Virus record (IMG/VR): IMGVR_UViG_3300034691_000037
Location: 1-64,000 of that record
From: a virus
Reading direction: 5' to 3' (one strand)
DNA: 64,000 bases
Position 1 is the first letter of the stretch; each line of letters begins with the position of its first letter. The position numbers were made by a program, and so were the translations under genes. Positions 18,238-27,534 of the stretch are shown piece by piece. The notes beneath the pieces are model-generated. The model worked only from the letters and a program-made list of their open reading frames with translations. It ran no database searches and was not told the origin of the DNA.

Positions 18238-18856
18238 ATTCCGTCAGGCGCAGTTCCATCATTTTCTCAACAGCGTACACGCTGCCGAAGACAACGCGCC
18301 CCTGGTCATCGAGCACAGCGCCGAGGTGTTCGTACCACTTACCTGGTCCCCACTTCGACCGATCTTCCATTGCTTCGTAGTGCTCAATGGTTTTCTCGGA
18401 GAAGTCGCCCATGTTGGCAATAGCCACCACACCTATTTCGCGGTAGTACTGGTCCATCCTGTCCATCAGGGCTTCACCGGCCTTGAAGACATATTCCTTG
18501 AGGTCGGTCTCGCCTTCCTTAACCGTGAACCCGTACACCTTGAACAAACGGCGGATAAGGTTACGTCGAGCCACTGTGAAGGCCTCTGCGGCACGTTCCC
18601 CTGCCACTGCCACCTTTCCCCAGATGCTAAGTATGTCCGCGACGGGTGGTACTACAGGCGCTGTGATGCTGTATTTCTGATGATGTTTAGCCAACACTTC
18701 CAAGGCAATCATCTTAGCGGACATGGGGAGTTCGCTAAGGAGTTCGTTGATCACCTTATCGTGCATTTCGATAGCGGTTTTATCAACGGGGTTAGTTGGA
18801 ACTTCCGGAGTATCCATTTCACTCCCCTTCTTTGTGAGCGTCTTTATCCAAGACAT
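18185..18856 (-). CDS. Hypothetical protein
   Basis: Long ORF; start may be MDTPE. Confidence 0.75.
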   Translation of the reverse strand: MSWIKTLTKKGSEMDTPEVPTNPVDKTAIEMHDKVINELLSELPMSAKMIALEVLAKHHQKYSITAPVVPPVADILSIWGKVAVAGERAAEAFTVARRNLIRRLFKVYGFTVKEGETDLKEYVFKAGEALMDRMDQYYREIGVVAIANMGDFSEKTIEHYEAMEDRSKWGPGKWYEHLGAVLDDQGRVVFGSVYAVEKMMELRLTEYVRGIVLAAAIQNKQGE

Positions 18857-19283
18857 GCTTGTCGAAGGCTTTCTTCATCCGGCGGATATACCGCGTCAGA
18901 TGAGCCAGAGCAAACGCTACGACTACAGTTAGCGTAAGGCTGTAGAACGTCAGAAGCGTTATAAGGACCGCAGGTCCTGCAAACACGGTAAGCATGGGGA
19001 GTAGATGAATGTAGTCAGTACTCCCCATCCTTTCAGACCGCCAGGTATATAGACCTCCGATGCATTCATACCCGGTAAGCTTGGCAACGAACATACTGAG
19101 GCAGTTATGCCGCTGACATGGTTGCTCATCAATCCACGACCAGGTATAGTTCCAGAGCACGGCGCCCAGCCATACGAAGATATAGGTCATGAACAACAAA
19201 AAGCCAATAAACAACCCTCGGCCAAGGTTGTCCAAATACGACCCACTGAAATCCGTGGCGTGTGCAAATATCGTTGCGAACAT
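18819..19283 (-). CDS. Multi-TM membrane protein
   Basis: Three hydrophobic segments. Confidence 0.75.
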   Translation of the reverse strand: MFATIFAHATDFSGSYLDNLGRGLFIGFLLFMTYIFVWLGAVLWNYTWSWIDEQPCQRHNCLSMFVAKLTGYECIGGLYTWRSERMGSTDYIHLLPMLTVFAGPAVLITLLTFYSLTLTVVVAFALAHLTRYIRRMKKAFDKHVLDKDAHKEGE

Positions 19284-19285
19284 GA

Positions 19286-19525
19286 TTACAATGCCTGTTT
19301 GGAACGCTCGAAGATAGCTTCGGCGTCATTCTTGATGGAACGCACTGCGCGTACGCCGCCCTTGACTTCAGTCCAGTCCTGATCTGGACCAACGCTGGCC
19401 ATTGGCTGGCCGTACAGCGTAGCGCCATCGTACATGTACCAGGCGGCACTGAACCCATCGTCATCCAACACGAAATGGGTGGCACCTTTAGGCGGGGTGT
19501 GTTTCAGCATATCTGCAACGTTCAT
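19286..19525 (-). CDS. Hypothetical protein
   Basis: PPKGATHF motif typical of small phage proteins; coupled. Confidence 0.7.
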   Translation of the reverse strand: MNVADMLKHTPPKGATHFVLDDDGFSAAWYMYDGATLYGQPMASVGPDQDWTEVKGGVRAVRSIKNDAEAIFERSKQAL

Positions 19526-19779
19526 GGTTCTCTCCTGGCTTCTATTTGTAACGACTGAATAAGCGTTACAGTTTTAATTTCAGTAAGTACCGCCCAGTTC
19601 TTAGCAACCAGCCACTGAGCAATGTTGTACGCGCTTTCACAGGTTTTTTGGTGCCTGTCCACGATGCGTTGAATCACATCGTCTGGAGCAAGTACTGTCA
19701 GCGTTACGGTTTCTTCAGTGCGGCCGGTTGTGAGCAATAAAGTTTCACCGTAACGCGCCGTAACCTTGACACTGGGCAT
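19522..19779 (-). CDS. Hypothetical protein
   Basis: Coupled ORF. Confidence 0.7.
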   Translation of the reverse strand: MPSVKVTARYGETLLLTTGRTEETVTLTVLAPDDVIQRIVDRHQKTCESAYNIAQWLVAKNWAVLTEIKTVTLIQSLQIEARREP

Positions 19780-20048
19780 TAGTCGGCCACTTCAATAACG
19801 ATATCGATAGTCCCGCTACCTACCTCGCCTGCCGGCCAGTGATTGATGATCCCGTTTTCTTCGGTGAAATCAAACGTGTTGTTGTCCTCGTACAGTCGCT
19901 TACGATTGACGGCAAAGCCTGGATCGGTTTCGGAAACGGGCGTTACAGCAATGCCCATAGAAGCCAAACATTCTTTGACATCAATGACACCCTCGGCGTA
20001 GACTTCAACGCGGATGGTGAGGTCCACCAATTTCATTTTGTTTGACAT
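19779..20048 (-). CDS. Hypothetical protein
   Basis: GGAGG RBS, coupled. Confidence 0.7.
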   Translation of the reverse strand: MSNKMKLVDLTIRVEVYAEGVIDVKECLASMGIAVTPVSETDPGFAVNRKRLYEDNNTFDFTEENGIINHWPAGEVGSGTIDIVIEVAD

Positions 20049-20549
20049 TTAAACCTCCTGGGTTTCTTTAGGTTGGTCAGAGCCTTTGATGGCTTCCAGT
20101 TCGCCACTGAGGCGGATCACTTGACGTGACAGCCAGCGAATGCGTTCTTTACCGCCGGTCATGTAGACGATGGGCATTTTACCTGCACCGGAAAGCAGAT
20201 CCTGAATCGGTGGGAACACGTCGTAGTTCATGAAGATGGCATTGGCGAGGGCATCGTCAGTCATCTCACCCAGCGCCAAATCGGCACGCTCTTTATCGAG
20301 GTAGTTGGCGAATGGATCTTTTTCACCCATCAGCCCATGCCGGGAAGCTGGCGTGCCTTCCCATTTCATCAAGCGGCCTTCAAGCGTAGCGCTGTAGGTA
20401 CTCGATTTATTCAACTCATTACGCAGATAAGTATTTTGTTGCTCAAGATCCGTGATCTTTTTATCGAACAGTTCTTGTTGAGTGTACTTGCCGTCAAGTT
20501 CAGCTTCGAGTGCTTTAACGCGAGCATGCAGGTTGGAAAGTTTAGACAT
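20049..20549 (-). CDS. Coiled-coil hypothetical protein
   Basis: N-terminal heptads; C-terminal KERIRWLSRQ. Confidence 0.75.
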   Translation of the reverse strand: MSKLSNLHARVKALEAELDGKYTQQELFDKKITDLEQQNTYLRNELNKSSTYSATLEGRLMKWEGTPASRHGLMGEKDPFANYLDKERADLALGEMTDDALANAIFMNYDVFPPIQDLLSGAGKMPIVYMTGGKERIRWLSRQVIRLSGELEAIKGSDQPKETQEV

Positions 20550-20718
20550 CTTCTTGTTCCTTCTTTAATTTCAGGGCGGCTTGTTCGGCGATATGTTTCT
20601 TCATACGGCGCCAAGTTGTCGTACGACGATCAGGATTAGAGGTGACGTAAACCGTCCTTTCTTTACCTTCCTTATCGGTGTAGGTGAATGCACCGCGTGG
20701 CAATGGCAGCTTGGTCAT
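20542..20718 (-). CDS. Small basic protein (58 aa, below ORF-track cutoff)
   Basis: Hand translation MTKLPLPRGAFTYTDKEGKERTVYVTS...; fills the gap and overlaps the next start. Confidence 0.6.
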   Translation of the reverse strand: MTKLPLPRGAFTYTDKEGKERTVYVTSNPDRRTTTWRRMKKHIAEQAALKLKKEQEDV

Positions 20719-20728
20719 CGTTAGTCAC

Positions 20729-20974
20729 CTAGAGTCTTCGAGGCAGGTTGTAACGCTGAGACTTGCTGAGAGTAAGGAGAACCTTGGCCAGGTATTCGCC
20801 TTCCGCATCACCGGTCTCATGAGCGTGGTTGATACACCACTGTACGTCACTGTCCCTGATGTTGTTATCGGCAAGGACAATGTGCAAAGAACCCCACGCT
20901 GGGTGCTTGCTTAGATAGGTCGCAAATCGAGCCAGATCATCACCAGAGACAGGTTTGTTATTTGGAGCGGTCAT
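20729..20974 (-). CDS. Hypothetical protein
   Basis: WGSLHIVLADNN; GAGG RBS. Confidence 0.75.
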   Translation of the reverse strand: MTAPNNKPVSGDDLARFATYLSKHPAWGSLHIVLADNNIRDSDVQWCINHAHETGDAEGEYLAKVLLTLSKSQRYNLPRRL

Positions 20975-20983
20975 TGAAACCTC

Positions 20984-21220
20984 TCAATTTAAAGAATTGG
21001 GTTTGATGTAACCTTCGGCAACAAGATGTCCTGCAAGTTCATGCGAGCTGACTTCACGCGCCAGTTTAGTTTTGAGCTGACTATGAACAGACTGGGGGAA
21101 GTAAGGCTTGATTACCTCGTACGTTACCTTACCTGTCGCATCACCTATAGTGACAGTATCGCCAACACTACAACCATCAAGCTTATCTGGTTCGTAATTA
21201 GGACCTTCGGTAAACTGCAT
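20984..21220 (-). CDS. Hypothetical protein
   Basis: ORF in gene string. Confidence 0.65.
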   Translation of the reverse strand: MQFTEGPNYEPDKLDGCSVGDTVTIGDATGKVTYEVIKPYFPQSVHSQLKTKLAREVSSHELAGHLVAEGYIKPNSLN

Positions 21221-21231
21221 AAACCCACCCT

Positions 21232-21561
21232 TTATTCTGCAATGAACACCAATGTTATCGATCCACAGAATCCAGACCCTGGGATAGCGTCCATGAAGAC
21301 GTGACCGACATTACCCACGTAGTCGATCGGGTGGTTGTGTACGACTTTCAAGTACCCTGAGAAATGTGGATGGTTCTCTAGAAACTCATGGACGGTTGCA
21401 ACGCGCCGATAACGGGGGAGGTCGTCATTGGTTCGATACATCCCAGACTGATAACTTTCTAACATTGCCAGGGCGTTAGTGAGGGCGTGACGCAGCTTAT
21501 ATTCCATGGAACTTGCCGCCAACTTAAAATCAGTAGCGGCTACAGCGAACACATTCGTCAT
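21232..21561 (-). CDS. Hypothetical protein
   Basis: ATGA-coupled. Confidence 0.7.
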   Translation of the reverse strand: MTNVFAVAATDFKLAASSMEYKLRHALTNALAMLESYQSGMYRTNDDLPRYRRVATVHEFLENHPHFSGYLKVVHNHPIDYVGNVGHVFMDAIPGSGFCGSITLVFIAE

Positions 21562-22634
21562 TTAAAGGAATCCTCGTTGATCCGATAGGTTTTCTCAATC
21601 TTACCCTTCGTACCTTTATTAACAGTCAGGGCTTTGATGCGAATCCGTTTACCGCTTTGTAGCGTACGCCAATGACCAGCACGTTCGTGTTCACGCGGTG
21701 AGGCGTGAGTACCACCCAAGTGCTCAGTTGGGCGTTTGATGACACCGGACATCCAAACAACACTGACGCCGTCCTCGGTCTTCATTTCACCCGCTGTGTG
21801 CAAGTTACCGGAAGGGCGGACGATGACGATCTTCTTGTTCTCAAGCCCGTGTAGCAATGCAAGGATTGCACTGAGGTATTTCTTGAACTGGGCTTTTACT
21901 TCTTTGTACTCATCCTTACCCAATGCGTCCAAGACACCTTTAGGATCTACGTACATTACTTGTAGCTTCCCAGTAGAATCATGCTGGACGCGCTGAATGA
22001 TGTTACGGTAGACCCACTGGCTTTCTTCATTCACCTTGTAGAACATGGTGACCAGAAGCACTGGTTTACCGTTGTTATGCATCTTGTTCTGCACGCGGTG
22101 CTGTTTAACACGAACCAGAGCCTTAGCGCCCTTATTGTCAAACTCGAACACGCAGTTCGGGAATGGCATTTCAAGCGGGGTGGTCATTGCGTTTTGATCA
22201 AACTTGTAGTTAGCATTATCGCCAAACACAAATCGACTAGCCTCGGCAGACGCGACGTACTCCTCCAGCATTTCAGATGAAGCATTAAGCTCCAATGCGT
22301 TAAGATGCTCCATCAGTCCCTGCATGATAGCCGATTGCTGAACCTCTGGCTTCATTAACACTTCCATGGTGTTATCCATGTTGCCACGACCGAGCATCAT
22401 TTGATCCAGCTGATTGTCTTTTATCAGCATCCGGTCACGAAGGTTCTTCAGTTCGTTACGGTTGTATGCCTGTCGGCGAAGACGATCTACTTCTTCAGGG
22501 TTGTCATGCGCCATAGCCAGAGCCATCTTACGACCCATGTATTCGACGGTCTCTAAGGCAGTGTCGCCTACGAGTGAGTACTTAGCGCTAGACAGAAGAG
22601 GGGCGTACTTTGGAACAGGTGTGCGATTGTCCAC
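21558..22634 (-). CDS. Hypothetical protein with C-terminal HxRxGHxR motif
   Basis: SPREHERAGHWRTLQSGK; paralog of next gene. Confidence 0.8.
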   Translation of the reverse strand: MDNRTPVPKYAPLLSSAKYSLVGDTALETVEYMGRKMALAMAHDNPEEVDRLRRQAYNRNELKNLRDRMLIKDNQLDQMMLGRGNMDNTMEVLMKPEVQQSAIMQGLMEHLNALELNASSEMLEEYVASAEASRFVFGDNANYKFDQNAMTTPLEMPFPNCVFEFDNKGAKALVRVKQHRVQNKMHNNGKPVLLVTMFYKVNEESQWVYRNIIQRVQHDSTGKLQVMYVDPKGVLDALGKDEYKEVKAQFKKYLSAILALLHGLENKKIVIVRPSGNLHTAGEMKTEDGVSVVWMSGVIKRPTEHLGGTHASPREHERAGHWRTLQSGKRIRIKALTVNKGTKGKIEKTYRINEDSFK

Positions 22635-22666
22635 AGTAGGACTCCTTAAGTAAGTTGTTCGAGTCT

Positions 22667-22680
22667 GTAATGTACGACTA
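22667..22680 (-). promoter_or_regulatory. Putative phage early promoter
   Basis: TAGTCGTACATTAC. Confidence 0.6.
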
Positions 22681-22698
22681 TGGAACTGTTACCTAAAC

Positions 22699-22746
22699 AA
22701 AAAAAGAACATAAGAAACCAGCCAGGGAATTACCCCTGGCTGTATG
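22699..22746 (-). terminator. Intrinsic terminator
   Basis: cagccaggg/ccctggctg stem followed by T-tract. Confidence 0.75.
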
Positions 22747-22750
22747 CCAT

Positions 22751-23617
22751 TTACTTGATTTTATAATGTTTGTTGAGCTTACCGGTAGACCCGGCATTAA
22801 CGACATGCGCCTGAACCCAAACTTTCAGACCTGACTGATAACGACGAATATGTCCACGCCGTAGGTGCTCACGTCGTTTACTAATGCCTTCGTCACTCGG
22901 GTCGTTTAGGTTAACGGATTTAGCCCCGCTTACATGCACCACTAACTCATGATAATCATCGTAAGGTAACTCCCCAGGTCTGCGGCCTTTTAGTCGTTTC
23001 GGGTTAGGTTTAAGTTCAGCGACCACGTTAGAGCAGGCTAGGGCTTCAAGGAGTTCCGCAACCGCTTTAAAAGCCGGCTTTAAGAACAGACCACCAATGG
23101 CCATAGTCGCACCTTCAGAACCGCCTATCACCTTACCCCACTCTAAGGCGGCTTTGTGCGTTGGTGTGATCTTGGCATCCACACCTTTATTAATCAAGGT
23201 CCAGGGGAAGGTCATCTTAAATGGCGCTGTGTTCCATTGACCATGCATGTCTTCGTAATGAGTGAACTTTGAAGCCAGTTGAATTTCAAGTTCGCCAGCG
23301 TCGGTTTCTCTAGCAAACACAATGTGTCTATCGTACACGTTGCTGATAAACGACATGTTCTCTAACTGGTCGGTGATGTTGATATCCTTATCCGGACTGA
23401 TGTCGGATTCGAATTCCAATACGATCATCGGAAAAGGTAAGCGCAGATCAGCTTCTAGTGCATCGCCACCATTATCAAGAATGATAGCATTTTTCGGCAG
23501 GATAAACCGTTGAGCATCTTTATAGGTATCGGTTACGGTTTTAGCAGTTTGTCCTAACTTAGTCTTATCCTTCAAACTAAACTTTACCAAATCGCGGAAC
23601 AGATTGAACTCAGCCAT
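22751..23617 (-). CDS. Hypothetical protein with C-terminal HxRxGHxR motif
   Basis: LPFPMIVLEF; KRREHLRRGHIRRYQSG. Confidence 0.8.
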   Translation of the reverse strand: MAEFNLFRDLVKFSLKDKTKLGQTAKTVTDTYKDAQRFILPKNAIILDNGGDALEADLRLPFPMIVLEFESDISPDKDINITDQLENMSFISNVYDRHIVFARETDAGELEIQLASKFTHYEDMHGQWNTAPFKMTFPWTLINKGVDAKITPTHKAALEWGKVIGGSEGATMAIGGLFLKPAFKAVAELLEALACSNVVAELKPNPKRLKGRRPGELPYDDYHELVVHVSGAKSVNLNDPSDEGISKRREHLRRGHIRRYQSGLKVWVQAHVVNAGSTGKLNKHYKIK

Positions 23618-23667
23618 GACACATTCCTTAATATCAAATAAAAAGATACAGCATAAATAAGAAGAAA

Positions 23668-23920
23668 TACCCTTCCCTGTCCACCGCCCCAGTACGGAAC
23701 TCAGCTAACCCGTCAAGGCCGCTGGAACTCACCTGGTCAATGGAATTTACGTCGGGAAGGGGTAGAGCCTGCAACGTGTATGCGCACGTTGCAGTATGCA
23801 CCGATATTGATCAGTGCCTTTCTGGTGAGCGGTTATCCCGACTCAGGCATTGCAATATGTTTTAGCGGCCGTGATGGATACACTGCCCAATGCAGTGCCC
23901 GTACGGTAGCTTTACCGAGC
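23668..23920 (-). ncRNA. Putative structured RNA / leader
   Basis: Run of hairpins, including perfect ctgcaacgtg/cacgttgcag and a rod of about 97 nt closed by cccttccc/gggaaggg. Confidence 0.45.
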
Positions 23921-24132
23921 TTGATTTCCGAAGGTCTATTCCAGGTGTTCAGTAAAATGGAAATCATCCCGTGCAGGCCCCAGAAGCCTACCGTGGAGAT
24001 AACCACTGGTTTCATGCGGAAGTGAATGGCGGGCTGTACAAAGACGCCCGGCAAACTACCCCGAATGATCCATGACCACAGGGTTAATGAACAGACCAAC
24101 AGAGGGATAATCCACCAGAGAAGAATCTCCAT
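23833..24132 (-). CDS. Small membrane protein
   Basis: AAGGA RBS and hydrophobic N-terminus; 3' part overlaps hairpins. Confidence 0.5.
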   Translation of the reverse strand: MEILLWWIIPLLVCSLTLWSWIIRGSLPGVFVQPAIHFRMKPVVISTVGFWGLHGMISILLNTWNRPSEIKLGKATVRALHWAVYPSRPLKHIAMPESG

Positions 24133-24198
24133 GCAGTTTCCTTACTGTAGGCCAAGTGTGGGTTTTGCATATTAGGGATCTTGCGGGTATATTGTTAC

Positions 24199-24618
24199 TT
24201 ACGTTTCAGGGTTGTAGAGGCGAAGTGTTGCGCAGCCTTTGTAGACTTGCGAACCCACCTTGCTCAGGATGTGTGCGTCATGGCTGTGACCGGGTTCGAT
24301 ACGCCGCCCTTCGATGAATTGAATGGTTACGTCGTTTGTGGTGAACTTCACGCCGTACGCACGCTCCAACTCCACTAGCGCTGCCTTTGTGTCGAACTGA
24401 CCCTTGACTTCAACGATGGGTGAGATGTTCCGAAACAAGGCCGGTAGGCTAACCATCCGGTAAGGTTTGCAAATACTACCATCTTCGGTCTGAAAAATAG
24501 CATCGTAACCTTGTAACCATTCTTCATGATTGGTGACAGGGGTAACACTAGTCTTACTCAGGTCGACGCCGCACAGATCGGCGAGCACTTGGAGCTGTTC
24601 ATCTTTACTGACTAGCAT
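24199..24618 (-). CDS. Hypothetical protein, possible virion-structural repeat domain
   Basis: LERAYGVKFTTNDV...SQVYKG pattern recalls jumbo-phage structural repeats. Confidence 0.6.
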   Translation of the reverse strand: MLVSKDEQLQVLADLCGVDLSKTSVTPVTNHEEWLQGYDAIFQTEDGSICKPYRMVSLPALFRNISPIVEVKGQFDTKAALVELERAYGVKFTTNDVTIQFIEGRRIEPGHSHDAHILSKVGSQVYKGCATLRLYNPET

Positions 24619-24620
24619 GT

Positions 24621-24893
24621 TTATCGTCTCCAGACGTATACGTAATGATCGGGGTCGTTATGGACGAAGTGTTTCATGTAGCTGATTTCGTGAGGGAGTA
24701 CTGCAAACGTCTTGCCATCAGTACGACCTTCATGACTTACCGAATAGGCAAACTTTCCATCAAGGCTCGACTCCTTGCGGACAATCAACTTATCCGCAAA
24801 GTTACAAAGTCTTCCGCCCGGACTATCCCCACTTGCAGGCTCGTCAATCTTCCGGACGGCGTACACGACATCATCAGGTTGATATTTTGGCAT
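24621..24893 (-). CDS. Hypothetical protein (SH3-like pattern)
   Basis: KYQPDDVVYA start; AAGGA RBS. Confidence 0.7.
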   Translation of the reverse strand: MPKYQPDDVVYAVRKIDEPASGDSPGGRLCNFADKLIVRKESSLDGKFAYSVSHEGRTDGKTFAVLPHEISYMKHFVHNDPDHYVYVWRR

Positions 24894-24925
24894 GTGCCGT
24901 CCTTAAGATTTTAATCGCATCGGCT

Positions 24926-25207
24926 TTAGGATCTCCACTTGGCCACAAGTTCGTCCATCAGCATGCAGAATGCCATGCAAATAACCGAACCTACAAAGTA
25001 AATGATCAAACCAACAATAGCAAAAGGCCAAAAGCCCATGACTAGATATTGCTGTGTTTTAGACAGGCTGATCATCCCCTCAGTACGGCGATGCTCTAGC
25101 CATGGTTCTTTCCAGTGCCTGTATATGTCACTTATCAACAAAGCTGCTGAAGAGGGTATCCAAACAATCAGAAACAGATAGAGCCAAAACATACCTACCG
25201 CTCCCAT
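24926..25207 (-). CDS. Small 2-TM membrane protein
   Basis: Two TM helices; FWP motif. Confidence 0.65.
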   Translation of the reverse strand: MGAVGMFWLYLFLIVWIPSSAALLISDIYRHWKEPWLEHRRTEGMISLSKTQQYLVMGFWPFAIVGLIIYFVGSVICMAFCMLMDELVAKWRS

Positions 25208-25359
25208 GGTTTCAGACGCCTGCCTGAACGATTGGTTGTGGGCCGTGCATTGATTTTGGCTACGGTTGAATCCCGCTTAGCCTGAATACGCACCAACCAC
25301 GCCTTTATATCGGCAATAAAACGCCGGAAATAAAAACCAACATCTTCTTTAGGTTTCAT
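25195..25359 (-). CDS. Small basic protein
   Basis: Start MKPKED, ATGA-coupled. Confidence 0.55.
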   Translation of the reverse strand: MKPKEDVGFYFRRFIADIKAWLVRIQAKRDSTVAKINARPTTNRSGRRLKPWER

Positions 25360-25931
25360 GCATTCCCCTTGTCTTGGTATGTCAAGGAGAAGCCGAGACG
25401 TACGAGCTGCGCCGACAAATGATCGATGAGGACATCTGGTTCCGTACCCCTCGCCGTAGATAGCGTATAGCACACGGATTCTTTTCGGGACGGATGCTTC
25501 AGGTTCATGATCACACCAATCGACTCGGCACCGATGACGTCATGGAGCTCGCCTGCGATCTCTACAGACCCGAGTGTGTGGATCTTTATACTTGGATCAG
25601 GCTTAACGACAGGGAGGCTCAGATCAAACATGAAACCATCAGGTTTTATAACACTTTCATCAGGATGTCTGACATGCGCCGGATACACCAGCTTGTAGAA
25701 CGGCGTTGGCGTGTTGAGCTGGAACAGGAAGTTATCCACCAAATAATCGGCATACGCAACGTTAGGTGGGATGGTGTGAGCAATCCTGGTATTGCGGTCA
25801 ACCAGCGCATAGTCGAGCTTATCACGCTTCTTTGGTACGTGGATGATCACCCGCATGTGATCAGTCATCCCACGATGATTAACGAAATTGGCCAGGTGGA
25901 CGAGGATAGTCGGGTTAGTGCTGGAAAGCAT
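25356..25931 (-). CDS. Hypothetical protein
   Basis: GAGGA RBS; 191 aa. Confidence 0.75.
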   Translation of the reverse strand: MLSSTNPTILVHLANFVNHRGMTDHMRVIIHVPKKRDKLDYALVDRNTRIAHTIPPNVAYADYLVDNFLFQLNTPTPFYKLVYPAHVRHPDESVIKPDGFMFDLSLPVVKPDPSIKIHTLGSVEIAGELHDVIGAESIGVIMNLKHPSRKESVCYTLSTARGTEPDVLIDHLSAQLVRLGFSLTYQDKGNA

Positions 25932-25942
25932 GTTTAGGTTCC

Positions 25943-26503
25943 TCAGTGGGTAAGTGCGGAGAGGAAATTCGAACTCGATTTCCAGCGCAGGTAAGTGACC
26001 TCACGTTCACGAGCACGTTCTTTAACGCGGCTCTTCGTTTTGCGCTCTGCCTTGCCGTCATCGTAATACGCCCACTCTTCAGACTCAGGAGTGGTATAAC
26101 GATAGTCCATTAACTTCGGCAAACCGTTGTCTGCGGTAATCGACAAAGTTCGACTACCGGTGAAGGTGGACGTCGAACTTGGCTTGAAGAGAAGGTAGCC
26201 AGATCCGTTAATCGTAGCTGATGAAATATCCACTTCGGACAAAGGGATGTTCGCCATGGCCGTTTGGTTAACCAGATCGAGTAACCGCTTTGGTTCAATT
26301 TCGTTAAAGCCAAGCGCTGGTTGTCGAGGGATGGAATAATTCGACAATACCTCGAACAGATGTCCAATCAGTGAAAGGTTCCCACGTCCCAACTTCTTGA
26401 TCAGCAGAGGTTCGATGGATCGCAAGTTGCCATCAAGGAGCCCCTTGACCAGATAACCGGTATGGATGCCGACTTGGCTAAGGTAGATCTTTTTCTTACG
26501 CAT
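25943..26503 (-). CDS. Hypothetical protein
   Basis: Coupled ORF. Confidence 0.7.
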   Translation of the reverse strand: MRKKKIYLSQVGIHTGYLVKGLLDGNLRSIEPLLIKKLGRGNLSLIGHLFEVLSNYSIPRQPALGFNEIEPKRLLDLVNQTAMANIPLSEVDISSATINGSGYLLFKPSSTSTFTGSRTLSITADNGLPKLMDYRYTTPESEEWAYYDDGKAERKTKSRVKERAREREVTYLRWKSSSNFLSALTH

Positions 26504-26505
26504 GA

Positions 26506-27228
26506 TTAGATTCCTTCGATACCAAAGACTTTGGCGATGTTGAGATAGGGAAGCGATGGGCCATTTTCCATAGCCGGGTATCGTTCAAGAATACGCCAGC
26601 CTTGCTCCGCCGTGATTCTCTGAGCATGTCGCCAACCTCGCGTCCCATAATCGCCGATTATGAGATACCCTGCTTTAGCGTATACATCTGTAACGTATCC
26701 AACACACCAAGGATCGCCAGGGTTAGCATCGCTATGACGACTAGCGAATACGTATTCGCCCGGCTTTATATCGTCAGTAACTGCCGGAATTGCGATAAGT
26801 TGGTGAGCGTAATCTTCACCCGCCATGATTTGTTTCAACAGGAGTGTAAACGGTCTGAAGTGAGGTGTTGGAACTTGGAACAATCGTCTCCAATCCCACA
26901 CACTGCATTTGTCAGGCTCCATTAGTTTGGGTACTGCATCATCGGCAACAGTAGCCTTGACCCATAGCGTGATCCACTGAGTACCGTCAACAATGTCATC
27001 GGTACATGCGAATGGATGGGACACCGACAATAGCTCAAGGCCGGTCTCTTCGAGTACTTCTCGCCGAGCACAGGCTTCTACGCTCTCACCATATTCCAAC
27101 CCACCGCCTGGCGGGCACCATGTATTTGCACCATGACTGCCTTGCCGGATACCTGCTAAGATAGTGTCGTCATCGCACGATTCACGACGGATGAGAATAG
27201 CGACACCTACTTTAATCTGCCCTGTCAT
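26506..27228 (-). CDS. NUDIX hydrolase (MutT/NUDT15-like) with extra C-terminal domain
   Basis: PGGGLEYGESVEACARREVLEETGL; KLMEPDKC..WDW. Confidence 0.9.
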   Translation of the reverse strand: MTGQIKVGVAILIRRESCDDDTILAGIRQGSHGANTWCPPGGGLEYGESVEACARREVLEETGLELLSVSHPFACTDDIVDGTQWITLWVKATVADDAVPKLMEPDKCSVWDWRRLFQVPTPHFRPFTLLLKQIMAGEDYAHQLIAIPAVTDDIKPGEYVFASRHSDANPGDPWCVGYVTDVYAKAGYLIIGDYGTRGWRHAQRITAEQGWRILERYPAMENGPSLPYLNIAKVFGIEGI

Positions 27229-27534
27229 CTAAACCTCTTCTTTACCAATCGGTGGTTTCCAGCCGCACTGGGCCTGGACTAATTCCCATACGCCAGAACC
27301 CTGGTTATACTTAACGCGTGGTTTTGTAGCTTTTAGCTCTTCATTCAAACGCGCGATCTCGAAGTTGAGATGGTCGATCTCTTGTTCAAGGTTATGGATA
27401 GCCAGATCCACGATTGGTTTTACCCGACTGTAATACTGGTTTCCCGTTAAGTCTTCATGGGAGGGACCACCGCAAAAGCGATCCATGGCGGACAACTCGT
27501 AAAGGGTTGATGGCCAGTTGATTTTAGTTCTCAT
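27229..27534 (-). CDS. Hypothetical protein
   Basis: Coupled ORF. Confidence 0.7.
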   Translation of the reverse strand: MRTKINWPSTLYELSAMDRFCGGPSHEDLTGNQYYSRVKPIVDLAIHNLEQEIDHLNFEIARLNEELKATKPRVKYNQGSGVWELVQAQCGWKPPIGKEEV

